A stretch of 64,000 nucleotides of DNA from an uncultured virus (IMG/VR IMGVR_UViG_3300033068_001821) (taxonomy: Duplodnaviria; Heunggongvirae; Uroviricota; Caudoviricetes), in IMG/VR virus record IMGVR_UViG_3300033068_001821; one strand, 5' to 3'. The position numbers and the translations under genes are program-made. The first letter of the stretch is position 1. Every line of letters begins with the position of its first letter. Positions 1 through 9,061 of this stretch are shown here, piece by piece. The notes under the pieces were generated by a model that worked only from the letters and a program-made list of their open reading frames with translations, made no database searches and was not told the origin of the DNA.

Positions 1-414
1 AGAATATATCAAATAACTATTGTAGAAGATGTTGAAAACATTGATTCAGGCGAAGATTTTTCACATCCATTTTTTGAAGAAATTGCACTTTCTTTAAATG
101 AAAAAGATACTGATTATATAGGATTTTCTGATAACGATGAAATGTTCGTTAGATTAGATACTATAAAATTTAAAAGAGTTGTTGATATAATGAAGAAATA
201 TTTTGTAATTGAAGTAAACGATGTTTCTGATAAAGTTATTTCTGGTGAAATTCAAAGACTATATCCTGAGGTAGAATCACTTACTCCTAGGTTATTTAAA
301 AGATTTAGATTAGATAATGAAACAGTAGATGATGTCTTAGATAAAATCAATGAAAATGGTATAAAATCTTTAGATAAAGTAGATAAAAAAGTATTAAAAA
401 AATCTCGTTCTTAA
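1..414 (+). CDS. Hypothetical protein, 5'-truncated by window edge; C-terminal DUF6576-like motif
   Basis: Frame is open from base 1 to TAA at 412-414; ends VDDVLDKINENGIKSLDKVDKKVL. Confidence 0.6.
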   Translation, partial: RIYQITIVEDVENIDSGEDFSHPFFEEIALSLNEKDTDYIGFSDNDEMFVRLDTIKFKRVVDIMKKYFVIEVNDVSDKVISGEIQRLYPEVESLTPRLFKRFRLDNETVDDVLDKINENGIKSLDKVDKKVLKKSRS

Positions 415-431
415 TAAGATACGAGATTTTT
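398..431. terminator. Bidirectional intrinsic terminator
   Basis: AAAAATCTCGT...ACGAGATTTTT inverted repeat with A/T tails. Confidence 0.7.
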
Positions 432-459
432 GTTTCATTGGTTGGTTTCTTACCAATCA
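398..459 (-). ncRNA. Putative small RNA from late-type promoter
   Basis: TAATATATA at 468-460 (-) points into a short segment closed by the terminator hairpin; contains ACCAACCAATGAAAC. Confidence 0.35.
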
Positions 460-479
460 TATATATTAAATAAAAAAAC

Positions 480-487
480 TATATTTG
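480..487 (+). promoter_or_regulatory. Bacteroidota-type -7 promoter element TAnnTTTG
   Basis: TATATTTG just upstream of ATG 492; also seen at 6194, 62233 and 63941(-). Confidence 0.5.
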
Positions 488-491
488 TTTC

Positions 492-842
492 ATGCAATTA
501 AAAATTAATAGATTATCTTATCAAAAGTTATGTGTACATAACACTGTTGAAATCAAATGTGGTGAAAAACATGTTGGTTACTATGATATTAGTACTACTT
601 ATAAGATATTAGATGATAATCTACTACAAATGTTGTATTCTGATAGATTTATTACAAAACTTAGTAATATTTATGGAATTAAGAAAAAATATATTCAAAT
701 GAAATTAAAAAGTTCAGATGATATAACCCTTGAAAACACTAACTATCCCGACAGTAAGATAATTTATCAAATTGAGTTTAACGATCCTACTTGGTTTATA
801 AAGTATAATAGAGATAAGATAATCAAGCAGTTACTTAACTAA
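492..842 (+). CDS. Hypothetical protein with C-terminal RDKIIKQLL tail
   Basis: ORF 116 aa. Confidence 0.6.
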   Translation: MQLKINRLSYQKLCVHNTVEIKCGEKHVGYYDISTTYKILDDNLLQMLYSDRFITKLSNIYGIKKKYIQMKLKSSDDITLENTNYPDSKIIYQIEFNDPTWFIKYNRDKIIKQLLN

Positions 843-866
843 TGGGAAAAGTTTACAATATTTTTT

Positions 867-875
867 TAATATATA
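867..875 (+). promoter_or_regulatory. Putative late promoter TAATATATA (representative copy)
   Basis: Same 9-mer precedes endolysin, structural and leader-bearing genes throughout the window. Confidence 0.65.
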
Positions 876-896
876 AAAGAAAAAATATTGTAAATT

Positions 897-1703
897 ATGT
901 TATTAAAAGTAGGTTCAAAGGGAGAAGATGTTAAAAAACTCCAAGAGAAATTAGGTACTACGGCAGATGGAGATTTCGGACCAGGTACAGAAAAATTAGT
1001 AAAAGAATGGCAATCAGCAAATGGTTTAACAGCTGATGGACTTGTTGGTGATGGAACTTGGACAAAAATGTTTGGTACTGCACCAAAACCAGCTACTTCA
1101 GGAAATTTAAAATTAGAAAAACTAAAAGGTCATATTCCAGATTCAGTAATTGCACAAATTCCAGAAACTGCTGCAAAATTTGGAATTACTACAAATTTAA
1201 GATTGGCTCACTTTTTAGCACAATGTGGTCATGAGTCAGGTGGTTTCAAGGCAGTTACTGAAAACTTAAATTATTCAGCAGACGGTTTAGTAAAAATCTT
1301 TGGTAAATACTTTAACGCTACTACTGCAACAGGTTATGCTAGAAACCCTGAAAAAATTGCTTCTAAAGTATATGCATCAAGAATGGGTAACGGTAATGAA
1401 GCATCAAAAGAAGGCTTCAAATTTAGAGGTAGAGGTTATATACAATTAACTGGTAAAGAAAACTATACAAAATTTGGTAAATTTATCGGTGAAGATACTG
1501 TATCTAATCCTGATTTAGTTGCAACTAAATATCCTTTAGCTTCTGCGGCATTCTTCTTTAATTCTAATGGTCTTTGGACTATTTGTGATAGAGGTGCTGA
1601 TGATGCAACAGTTACTGCAGTAACAAAAAGAGTAAATGGAGGAACTATTGGTTTAGCAGATAGAATAAAACACTTTAAAGAATACTATAACTTATTAAAA
1701 TAA
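897..1703 (+). CDS. Endolysin: PG-binding domain + GH19 muramidase/chitinase
   Basis: N-term LKVGSKGEDVKKLQ..ADGDFGPGTE..ADGLVG; GH19 motifs AHFLAQCGHES, FRGRGYIQLTG, TKRVNGG. Confidence 0.9.
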   Translation: MLLKVGSKGEDVKKLQEKLGTTADGDFGPGTEKLVKEWQSANGLTADGLVGDGTWTKMFGTAPKPATSGNLKLEKLKGHIPDSVIAQIPETAAKFGITTNLRLAHFLAQCGHESGGFKAVTENLNYSADGLVKIFGKYFNATTATGYARNPEKIASKVYASRMGNGNEASKEGFKFRGRGYIQLTGKENYTKFGKFIGEDTVSNPDLVATKYPLASAAFFFNSNGLWTICDRGADDATVTAVTKRVNGGTIGLADRIKHFKEYYNLLK

Positions 1704-1704
1704 T

Positions 1705-1734
1705 AAAAAAAGTCGAGTAAATCTCGACTTTTTT
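1705..1734. terminator. Bidirectional terminator between convergent genes
   Basis: AAAAAAGTCGAG-TAAAT-CTCGACTTTTTT. Confidence 0.75.
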
Positions 1735-2407
1735 ATTTTAAAAGTTTGTCCAATTTTGCTTCTCTAACTATACACTCATATCCAACTTTAGAAGTCTTAG
1801 ATATTGATTTAGTTATCATTTCTCTATTAAAGAATCCGTTATATATGGTTACATTATCGTCACCACAATAAATAACTTTTAAAAATAAATTAGGTTGTAA
1901 TCTAATTATAAATTTTTCAATAAATTTATTTTCTTCATCACGTATTTCAATATAGAATGATTGTTCATACTCTGGTCCATAATTAAATTCAGATCTAGTA
2001 AATCCTAACTTATCAAAATAATTCATCACCAAATCTATTTTCTTATAACGACAAATAAGTTTTGTTTCGGTATCATAATATGAAAATCTTGATGGAAATC
2101 CCTCAAAAAACTCAATACCTCCAGTGTGATAGGTTTCATTATATTTATCCAATTCATCATCTAGTTCACCAGTAAGAAAAGCCAACCTTTCTTCTCTGGA
2201 AGATAAATTTGTTATAATTTTTTTAGTTATTAAACTATCAAATATAAAACAGGTTTCACCTGTTATTTTTGAACTAACTTCACATTTATCAATTAGTTCT
2301 TGTGGAATTTCACTTTTTTCGTATGTAAAAAGTACTTCATTTGATTTTTCTTGCTCAATATCTTCATCGATGAATCCAATACCTTTACCTGTATCTACTA
2401 TTTTCAT
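1733..2407 (-). CDS. Hypothetical protein with C-terminal REAKLDKLL tail
   Basis: Start reassigned to ATG 2407 (MKIVDTG) behind AAAC-N17-TATAAT at 2438-2412. Confidence 0.65.
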   Translation of the reverse strand: MKIVDTGKGIGFIDEDIEQEKSNEVLFTYEKSEIPQELIDKCEVSSKITGETCFIFDSLITKKIITNLSSREERLAFLTGELDDELDKYNETYHTGGIEFFEGFPSRFSYYDTETKLICRYKKIDLVMNYFDKLGFTRSEFNYGPEYEQSFYIEIRDEENKFIEKFIIRLQPNLFLKVIYCGDDNVTIYNGFFNREMITKSISKTSKVGYECIVREAKLDKLLK

Positions 2408-2481
2408 ACATATTATATAATAAATAAAAAAATGGTTTTTTAAATATAATATATAATTAAACAAAAAAATATAGAAAATAA

Positions 2482-2826
2482 ATGAAACACTTAAAAAGAT
2501 TTGAAACTTATTCAATAAATGAAGAAGAGGGTAAAATTTCACAGTTCTTTAGAGGACATGATTCAAGTGAAGATAGAGATTCAAAAATGAGAGAATTCTT
2601 TAAGGAATTAGATTCTTACGAAGAGAAGTCTAAAGATAATGCTGATATAGTATTCAATAGAGAATTTTTAGAGAAACAAGCTAAAGATAATAACTATAAA
2701 GGACATTTGGAAGAAAGACAAAGTGCTGGTACTGGAAAAACTCACATTTTTTACGTAGTAGGTCGTAGTGATTTTCAAAAAATTGCAGGTATGGCAGCAA
2801 ATAGAAGAGACAATCCTCTAGGATAA
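2482..2826 (+). CDS. Leader-bearing protein (putative head-packaged)
   Basis: Starts MKHLKRFE; TAATATATA at 2447-2455. Confidence 0.6.
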   Translation: MKHLKRFETYSINEEEGKISQFFRGHDSSEDRDSKMREFFKELDSYEEKSKDNADIVFNREFLEKQAKDNNYKGHLEERQSAGTGKTHIFYVVGRSDFQKIAGMAANRRDNPLG

Positions 2827-2849
2827 AATTCTTACAAAATTTATTATAT

Positions 2850-3305
2850 ATGAAATATTTAAAAAAGTATCAAAAGTTTTTTGAAGATGGTGGATGTGCT
2901 ACTGTAAATGCTTCAACAACTGCAGGAATGGGACCGGTTGTTGCTGCACAACCAGGTACGTTACCAGGTGTACCAGGGACATCAGGTTCTGGTGACATTG
3001 GATTTGGATTAGGTTCAGGAGAACCAATCAAAAGAAAAAGAAAAAAAGGAAAACCTAGTCAAGTATCTGATTTAAGAGATTTAAAAGAAGAAGAAACTAA
3101 TAATGTTGATGAATCTACTGGATATAATCAATTTGATTTGGCAACTGAGTGTGTTAAATTATACCATTGGCTTTGTGAAGATGGTGTTGATAAAGAACAA
3201 CTTGGTAAAGACATAAAAGAAATAACAAATGATGAAGGTTGGTATTTACTAGATGATGAAACATTAAATAAATTAGTTGATCTTTTGAAAAACTACAATA
3301 AATAA
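2850..3305 (+). CDS. Leader-bearing protein with Gly-rich low-complexity region
   Basis: Starts MKYLKKYQKFFE. Confidence 0.6.
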   Translation: MKYLKKYQKFFEDGGCATVNASTTAGMGPVVAAQPGTLPGVPGTSGSGDIGFGLGSGEPIKRKRKKGKPSQVSDLRDLKEEETNNVDESTGYNQFDLATECVKLYHWLCEDGVDKEQLGKDIKEITNDEGWYLLDDETLNKLVDLLKNYNK

Positions 3306-3331
3306 AAAAAGTCCCAATTGGGACTTTTTTT
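3304..3331. terminator. Bidirectional terminator
   Basis: AAAAAAAGTCCCAATTGGGACTTTTTTT palindrome. Confidence 0.75.
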
Positions 3332-3934
3332 ATACTAATTTATCTAATAACTCACCTCTCCTTTGAGACTTTGTTTTAAACTTAGGACAATTTAAAATAT
3401 CACTAAAACTACGAATGTTTAATTCATGTGCAATATTACCATAATAGTCATTTAATTGTCTATCTGTTTTTCTAAGTAATCTACCAAGTGCAAAATAGTA
3501 AAACTTATTGTCTTCAAATTCACAGTAAATTAAAAAAGATAATGATTTTTCAAAACATTCTTTAAACTCCCAAGAAACCTCATCATCACCTAATCCTATA
3601 AAAAATGCAACTACTAAAACAACAATAAATATCCAACCTAATCCTTGTAACCAAATATAGCCATCTTGAGTATCTTTATAAACATATGTATTATTCTTTA
3701 ATGGTTCGTCGGTAACAATTGTTGAATAACGATTATCACCTTCTTCAAAGAAATAAATATAATCTTTACTAGTTTTTAAAACATGTTCAGCAGTTTTTGA
3801 TTTAATGACATCTTCTTTATAATCTTGTGAAAATAAAATCCAACAAAAGTGAGTATGATAAAAATAGATTTTAAGATATTTGTTTTTAAAGTATTATAAA
3901 GTAATACAAATGGGAATAATAATAGTCTTTTCAT
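3330..3934 (-). pseudogene. Frameshifted membrane protein gene (not in ORF track)
   Basis: ATG 3934 MKRLLLFPF..LTFVGFYF, continued in the -1 frame as SQDYKED..GLGWIFIVVLVVAFFIG..RRGELLDKLV*; one T missing near 3830-3838. Confidence 0.55.
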
Positions 3935-3958
3935 GTAATTTTTTTTAATATATAGTTT

Positions 3959-4942
3959 ATGAATAATTTGTACAAATATAATGATTTTTTATTTGAATCT
4001 ATAATAAATGATATTTTTTTATTATTAGAATCTGATGAACCTAGTCCAACATTTACTTGGGACATTAAAAAAGAAACTGAAAAACCAGAAGAAACTAATA
4101 CTTTTGAATGGGATTTAACAAAAGCACCAACTTCTACAACTTCTAAAGTTTTAGAAAAGTTAAAAGCTTTCTTATCTAAATTACCAAAAGAACAAATTAT
4201 AAAATACTTTTATAAACTTTTAGATAAAATAAAACTACTTCCAGAAAGAACTAGAAGAAAACTTCTAATCAACTATGCAAGTGTGTTTTTATTATTTGGT
4301 TCAGTTGCTTATCTAACTAAACCAGCAGAGGAATATAAGGCAGACAAGAAAATAGTCAAAGAATTTATAAAAGTGACTAAGAAAGCTTCTTTTGACGTTT
4401 CTCAAAAGGTTGTTGCTCTTGCAGAAGGAGATTATTCAGATGATAGAGGAGATACAGGAAACTTTATTGAGTTTAAAATGGGTAATAAAATGGTTAAAAG
4501 ATTTGTTGGTAGTAAGTATGGTATTTCTGCACCAGTTTTAATGAAGTATTTAGGTAAAGCACCTAAAAAAGAAGATATGATGAACCTTTCATATGAAACT
4601 GCATTAGATATTTATAAGAACCAATACTGGGATGACCAAAAAATTGAAAGATTTTGTAATCAATCAGTTGCAGATGTTGTTTATGATGGTTGTGTAAATC
4701 AAGGTATTGCTGGTATGAAATCAGTATTAAGAAATATTTTAAGAGAAAATGGAATTGAAATATCAGATGATGTAAATCCATTTGAAGGAGATTACATTAA
4801 ACAACTTAACGCATTAGAACAAGAAAAGTTATTTAATTCTATTAAAGATAATCGTGAAAAACGATATAAAGAAGCGAGAACTTTTAAAAGACACGGTGAT
4901 GGTTGGTTAGATAGATTATCAAAAATTACATTTGTAGAGTAA
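3959..4942 (+). CDS. Leader-bearing protein with C-terminal GH108-like lysozyme
   Basis: EGDYSDDRGDTGN..KYGIS, IYKNQYW, DGCVNQG, GWLDR; one hydrophobic helix mid-protein. Confidence 0.75.
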   Translation: MNNLYKYNDFLFESIINDIFLLLESDEPSPTFTWDIKKETEKPEETNTFEWDLTKAPTSTTSKVLEKLKAFLSKLPKEQIIKYFYKLLDKIKLLPERTRRKLLINYASVFLLFGSVAYLTKPAEEYKADKKIVKEFIKVTKKASFDVSQKVVALAEGDYSDDRGDTGNFIEFKMGNKMVKRFVGSKYGISAPVLMKYLGKAPKKEDMMNLSYETALDIYKNQYWDDQKIERFCNQSVADVVYDGCVNQGIAGMKSVLRNILRENGIEISDDVNPFEGDYIKQLNALEQEKLFNSIKDNREKRYKEARTFKRHGDGWLDRLSKITFVE

Positions 4943-5314
4943 TTAAATCTCTCTTTCTTTACCTTTAACTTTAGTATCTGTTAAGTGATGTCTATTATCT
5001 TTAGGTAATAAATCAAATCCATATTTTTTACCAAGTGCAATCAACAATGGTGTAATAGGAACTGGAATAGGAATTCCAGAAATCAAAACTAATGGTACAA
5101 GCTTCACCAAATCCATTGAGTGCTCTTTTAAGAACTTAATTTCACCGTCGGTTACTTCTTTGTCTTGGATCATTTTTCTAACGATTAAAATCGATATTTT
5201 AGTTTCAGTAGCTTCACGTTTAGTTCCCTCCCAAAAGTCGTGTGCAAAATCTGTACCTTTTTTAAGAGTATCTTTTAAAAACTTCAGAGTTACTGAATCT
5301 TCTTTCTGTGCCAT
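4943..5314 (-). CDS. Small membrane protein, LETM1-like
   Basis: EIKFLKEHSMDLVKLVPLVLISGIPIPVPITPLL...LLP. Confidence 0.45.
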   Translation of the reverse strand: MAQKEDSVTLKFLKDTLKKGTDFAHDFWEGTKREATETKISILIVRKMIQDKEVTDGEIKFLKEHSMDLVKLVPLVLISGIPIPVPITPLLIALGKKYGFDLLPKDNRHHLTDTKVKGKEREI

Positions 5315-5346
5315 TATTTTTTTTACTATATTTTTAGTATATATTA

Positions 5347-6123
5347 TTATTCTATAATAAGTTTATATTTATCATATTTTCTTTTTAATCCTATATTATC
5401 ATCATCAATAGTTGAATATATGAAGTCACCTACTTTTTGAATATCCTTCTTATTAGTGATCCTTAATTGTGAATATCCAGATTTCTTACCACTAAATCTA
5501 ATAAATCTACATTTAACATCTAATGAGTTAAATATTCTTTCAAATGAAGTCCAATCTTGATAAATTGTACCAGTCAGTATAAACTGCCTAGCCGATTGTT
5601 TTTTATTAAAATAAAAACATCCATCTCCATCAACCATACCTAATAAAAAGTATCTAATTAAATTACTAGGTATTTTTGATGTTACTTTATAAGGTGATTT
5701 TAAACTTTTTTCAAAGTATTCATTTTCTACCAAAAATTTATGTAATAAACTATCACAAATATAAGCATTTGTTATTGGTTTTGCATTTATTTCTCTATCA
5801 TTTCTTTGTCTATTATAGTACGACCATTTACCAACCTTATCCAATATTTCTCTGAAATAATTCATATCAGCTCGATTGCACTCAATACTAACATTATTGT
5901 CACTTCTAGATAAACTTCCATCTGCCCATAATAGTCCTAATAAATATGCAATCTCTTTCTTTTCAATATTATAAAAGTCATCAATATCAATTCTTCTTCT
6001 TTTTTGAAGATTATTTTCATCAACTATTTTTTTTATTGTTGTCTGTCTAACTCTCAACATTTTTGCAGTATCAGTTGTTCCAAAATCAGGATAAAGTACT
6101 TTCACTTGTTCTATTAATTCCAT
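5347..6123 (-). CDS. LAGLIDADG homing endonuclease
   Basis: Two motifs AYLLGLLWADG and FLLGMVDGDG; C-term LKRKYDK. Confidence 0.85.
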   Translation of the reverse strand: MELIEQVKVLYPDFGTTDTAKMLRVRQTTIKKIVDENNLQKRRRIDIDDFYNIEKKEIAYLLGLLWADGSLSRSDNNVSIECNRADMNYFREILDKVGKWSYYNRQRNDREINAKPITNAYICDSLLHKFLVENEYFEKSLKSPYKVTSKIPSNLIRYFLLGMVDGDGCFYFNKKQSARQFILTGTIYQDWTSFERIFNSLDVKCRFIRFSGKKSGYSQLRITNKKDIQKVGDFIYSTIDDDNIGLKRKYDKYKLIIE

Positions 6124-6231
6124 TATATTTTTAATTTTTTATGTATATATACTATATATTAAAGTTTTATTTGTTCCTTTCAAACAAATTTTGTATATTT
6201 GTATATAATACACTAAAAACAATTTAGAATA

Positions 6232-6984
6232 ATGAGAGTAATGTATCTTGGTGATTTACATGGAAATTTTAACTTAATAAATCAATTTCTTAAAAGATTT
6301 GATATTAAGGACACTCACATAATTCAGGTGGGTGACTTTGGTGTAGGATTTAATGGGTTTTTAAAAGAAAAAAGAACATTAGAACTTACACATAATGAAT
6401 TAGTTAAACGAAATGTATTTGTTTATGCCATTCGTGGTAATCACGATTATAAACCTTATTTTGATAATGATCCATTTGGATTTACTAACATCAAACTATT
6501 AAAAGATTATACTGTTCTTAATTTAGAAGGTAAAAATATTCTTTGTATAGGTGGTGCGGTAAGTATTGATCGTAAAATGCGTAAAACTAAAAATCAAGCC
6601 ATTGGTAGATATGACATCAAAGGTATGAATGAGAGTTGGTGGCCAGACGAAATCTTTAATTGGGAAGATGATAAATTAGTGAACTTACGAAATATTGATG
6701 TTGTGGTTACTCATAACGCACCAGACTACTGTATTCCAGATAATAGTAATGGATTTGGTGATTTTGTAAATCAATTTATTGCAGCAGATCCTGAATTAAA
6801 ATTGGATTTGTTAGATGAAAGAAGAAAGATTACTTTAGCATTTCAAACTATTAAGATGTATAATGACATTAAACATCATTACTACGGACATTTTCATAGA
6901 AGTGATGTAATAAATATTGATGGTGTTCAACACAGAGTGTTGGGTGTTGGTGAATTTTGGGAAGAAAGAAATTATGAGGAGTAA
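6232..6984 (+). CDS. Calcineurin-like metallophosphoesterase
   Basis: GDLHG, GDFG, GNHD, THNAP, GHFH motifs. Confidence 0.9.
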   Translation: MRVMYLGDLHGNFNLINQFLKRFDIKDTHIIQVGDFGVGFNGFLKEKRTLELTHNELVKRNVFVYAIRGNHDYKPYFDNDPFGFTNIKLLKDYTVLNLEGKNILCIGGAVSIDRKMRKTKNQAIGRYDIKGMNESWWPDEIFNWEDDKLVNLRNIDVVVTHNAPDYCIPDNSNGFGDFVNQFIAADPELKLDLLDERRKITLAFQTIKMYNDIKHHYYGHFHRSDVINIDGVQHRVLGVGEFWEERNYEE

Positions 6985-7168
6985 TACTATAATATGTGTT
7001 CGTTGGAAATTATCTGGAAGATTGGAACATTTTGTCAATCTAGGGAAGTTGTATACCTACTATACTGGTGACGACTTAGGAGTTTCACGTTCTAAATTAA
7101 ATAGACGAAATTTATTTGAAGGATTTCACAATGATACCATTGAGATAATTAAAACATATGTAAGATAA
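6974..7168 (+). CDS. Small hypothetical protein
   Basis: Probable start ATG 6974 (MRSNTII) overlapping upstream gene end; terminator follows. Confidence 0.5.
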   Translation: MRSNTIICVRWKLSGRLEHFVNLGKLYTYYTGDDLGVSRSKLNRRNLFEGFHNDTIEIIKTYVR

Positions 7169-7191
7169 AAACCCACTTAATAGTGGGTTTT
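7167..7191. terminator. Bidirectional terminator
   Basis: AAAACCCACT-TAAT-AGTGGGTTTT. Confidence 0.75.
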
Positions 7192-7197
7192 ATTTTT

Positions 7198-7953
7198 TTA
7201 CCAGCTTTGTCTATCATCGACTGCTGACATTATATCGTTTGCACTCAGTGATTTAATAATATCGGATAAATCAGACATTGAAGTACCAAATTTTTGTGAA
7301 ACACCACTTGCAATTATAACTTCTTGTTCTATAACTTTATACATAGTTTTACTACCTTGTTTATAATCATTACCCTCAGTGAAACATAAATTTAAGTATT
7401 TTTTTATCGCACCACATAATGCACGATTAAATGTTAGTTTACCAGTTACATTCCAATCATAACTAGAAACACTTAATTCTTTTAATTCTAATCCTTTACC
7501 ATTACCTTTATCTTCAAATTCTAAACCTACCCAGAATCCCCAGAAAAAGCCATTACCAAAATGATCATCAGGTACAATCGACATAAATCTACTTTTTGTA
7601 TCTTCATCAACTGGAATTAAACCAACTGCAAATTGCATATTTACTTGATCATTTTCTAAATAATCTTCAATACCATCTTCAAATGAATTTACATCAAAGT
7701 CAAATACTAAATAGAAGTCACCAGTTTCCTTATCACCTTCCTCATTATATTGTACAGTTATAGAAACTTTACCAAATTTTGAGTATTCATCTAGATTTTG
7801 TTTCCATCTTTTAGTATCTCCATAGTCTTCAAGTGAATTTGCACGAGTTATAAACTCTTGGTTGCCACTTTTTCTACCTTTTGCTCTTAATTTATATGCA
7901 GCATTTTGATAAACTCTAGGAGTTAGTTCCTCAAATAATTTTAAGTATTTCAT
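7198..7953 (-). CDS. Leader-bearing hypothetical protein
   Basis: Starts MKYLKLFEE. Confidence 0.65.
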   Translation of the reverse strand: MKYLKLFEELTPRVYQNAAYKLRAKGRKSGNQEFITRANSLEDYGDTKRWKQNLDEYSKFGKVSITVQYNEEGDKETGDFYLVFDFDVNSFEDGIEDYLENDQVNMQFAVGLIPVDEDTKSRFMSIVPDDHFGNGFFWGFWVGLEFEDKGNGKGLELKELSVSSYDWNVTGKLTFNRALCGAIKKYLNLCFTEGNDYKQGSKTMYKVIEQEVIIASGVSQKFGTSMSDLSDIIKSLSANDIMSAVDDRQSW

Positions 7954-8432
7954 TATTTATCCTTTTCATTTTTTATTATGTCACTATATATTAGATCTTC
8001 TAAATCTTTTTTAACAACAACTGTTTTTATATCAGTATTGAATGGTGGATTTTGAATAGGTTTAATTATATAATCACTATCAATATTCATATTTTGCATG
8101 AACTTCCAATTTACATTAAATCTCGATTTTGATGTGTGAAATAAAATCAGTAAATCTGGTTTATACTCATTTAAAAAGTCTTCTGTTATTTTAGTTATAT
8201 AGGAGTATGTATCAAGTGCATTTTTACCACCTACATTTACAGTCTCAAATCCCTCTTCCATTGTGTGAAAATCTCTTCTCCACATATTACCACCAATCTT
8301 ACTAAACTCACATAAGTAAGTATAGTCACCAAAATCAAATGTATAAACTACAAGTGAATCTCCTTCATCTTTAGTATAGTAGATTTTCTTTGGTAAAAAA
8401 TCTAATTCTTCAAATAGTTTTAAATATCTCAT
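7953..8432 (-). CDS. Leader-bearing hypothetical protein
   Basis: Starts MRYLKLFEE; TAATG overlap coupling. Confidence 0.65.
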   Translation of the reverse strand: MRYLKLFEELDFLPKKIYYTKDEGDSLVVYTFDFGDYTYLCEFSKIGGNMWRRDFHTMEEGFETVNVGGKNALDTYSYITKITEDFLNEYKPDLLILFHTSKSRFNVNWKFMQNMNIDSDYIIKPIQNPPFNTDIKTVVVKKDLEDLIYSDIIKNEKDK

Positions 8433-9061
8433 TAGTAAGTAACATATGTTTTTTCACTTTCCGGTTCAATTGAAATAGTAGTAGATCCACGTAGTCTTAA
8501 ATTTATATCTCTATCTATTTTATCATATTCTTGTTCAAATAATGTTCTAAACTCACTAAAAATAGTATTTGTAATTGGATTATTTAAAGTTAATACAACC
8601 GTAGATTGGTCCCAACCTTCATTATCTTCAATATTTGAATTTGCTATAGCTATACCTTTACTATTAAAAAATCTTTCAATATCACTCATATTTAATTTAA
8701 CTTCTCTCCATTCTTGACCAATTATAAAGGAATAATTATCTTGACCTACTTCATTAGGTATAACTTTTAATTTTAATTTATCAGTTATTGAAGTATAAAA
8801 ATTGTAATCCTTATATCTGTCTTTTACGGTAAGTATATGATCTATATCAACTGCTAACTCTTGTAGTTTCTGTAGTGATTTACCAACTTCTTCAAATGTT
8901 GATAAATTCACACCTATATTCCAAGTTAAAGTAAACATTTCTGAACTACCATACTTTTCAGTTTTTATCATTGGATCACCATACTTATCATTGAAGTAAG
9001 CTAAACTATATACCAATTCGTCTTCGTAAAAACTCTCATTAAACTTTCTTAAATGTCTCAT
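8432..9061 (-). CDS. Leader-bearing hypothetical protein
   Basis: Starts MRHLRKFNES. Confidence 0.65.
   Translation of the reverse strand: MRHLRKFNESFYEDELVYSLAYFNDKYGDPMIKTEKYGSSEMFTLTWNIGVNLSTFEEVGKSLQKLQELAVDIDHILTVKDRYKDYNFYTSITDKLKLKVIPNEVGQDNYSFIIGQEWREVKLNMSDIERFFNSKGIAIANSNIEDNEGWDQSTVVLTLNNPITNTIFSEFRTLFEQEYDKIDRDINLRLRGSTTISIEPESEKTYVTY

Noticed and set aside
2408..2542. Long hydrophobic N-terminal extensions of ORFs 1733-2542, 13205, 32115, 48308 and 63955
   Set aside because: They run through AT-rich promoter or terminator DNA; downstream ATGs fit the promoter motifs
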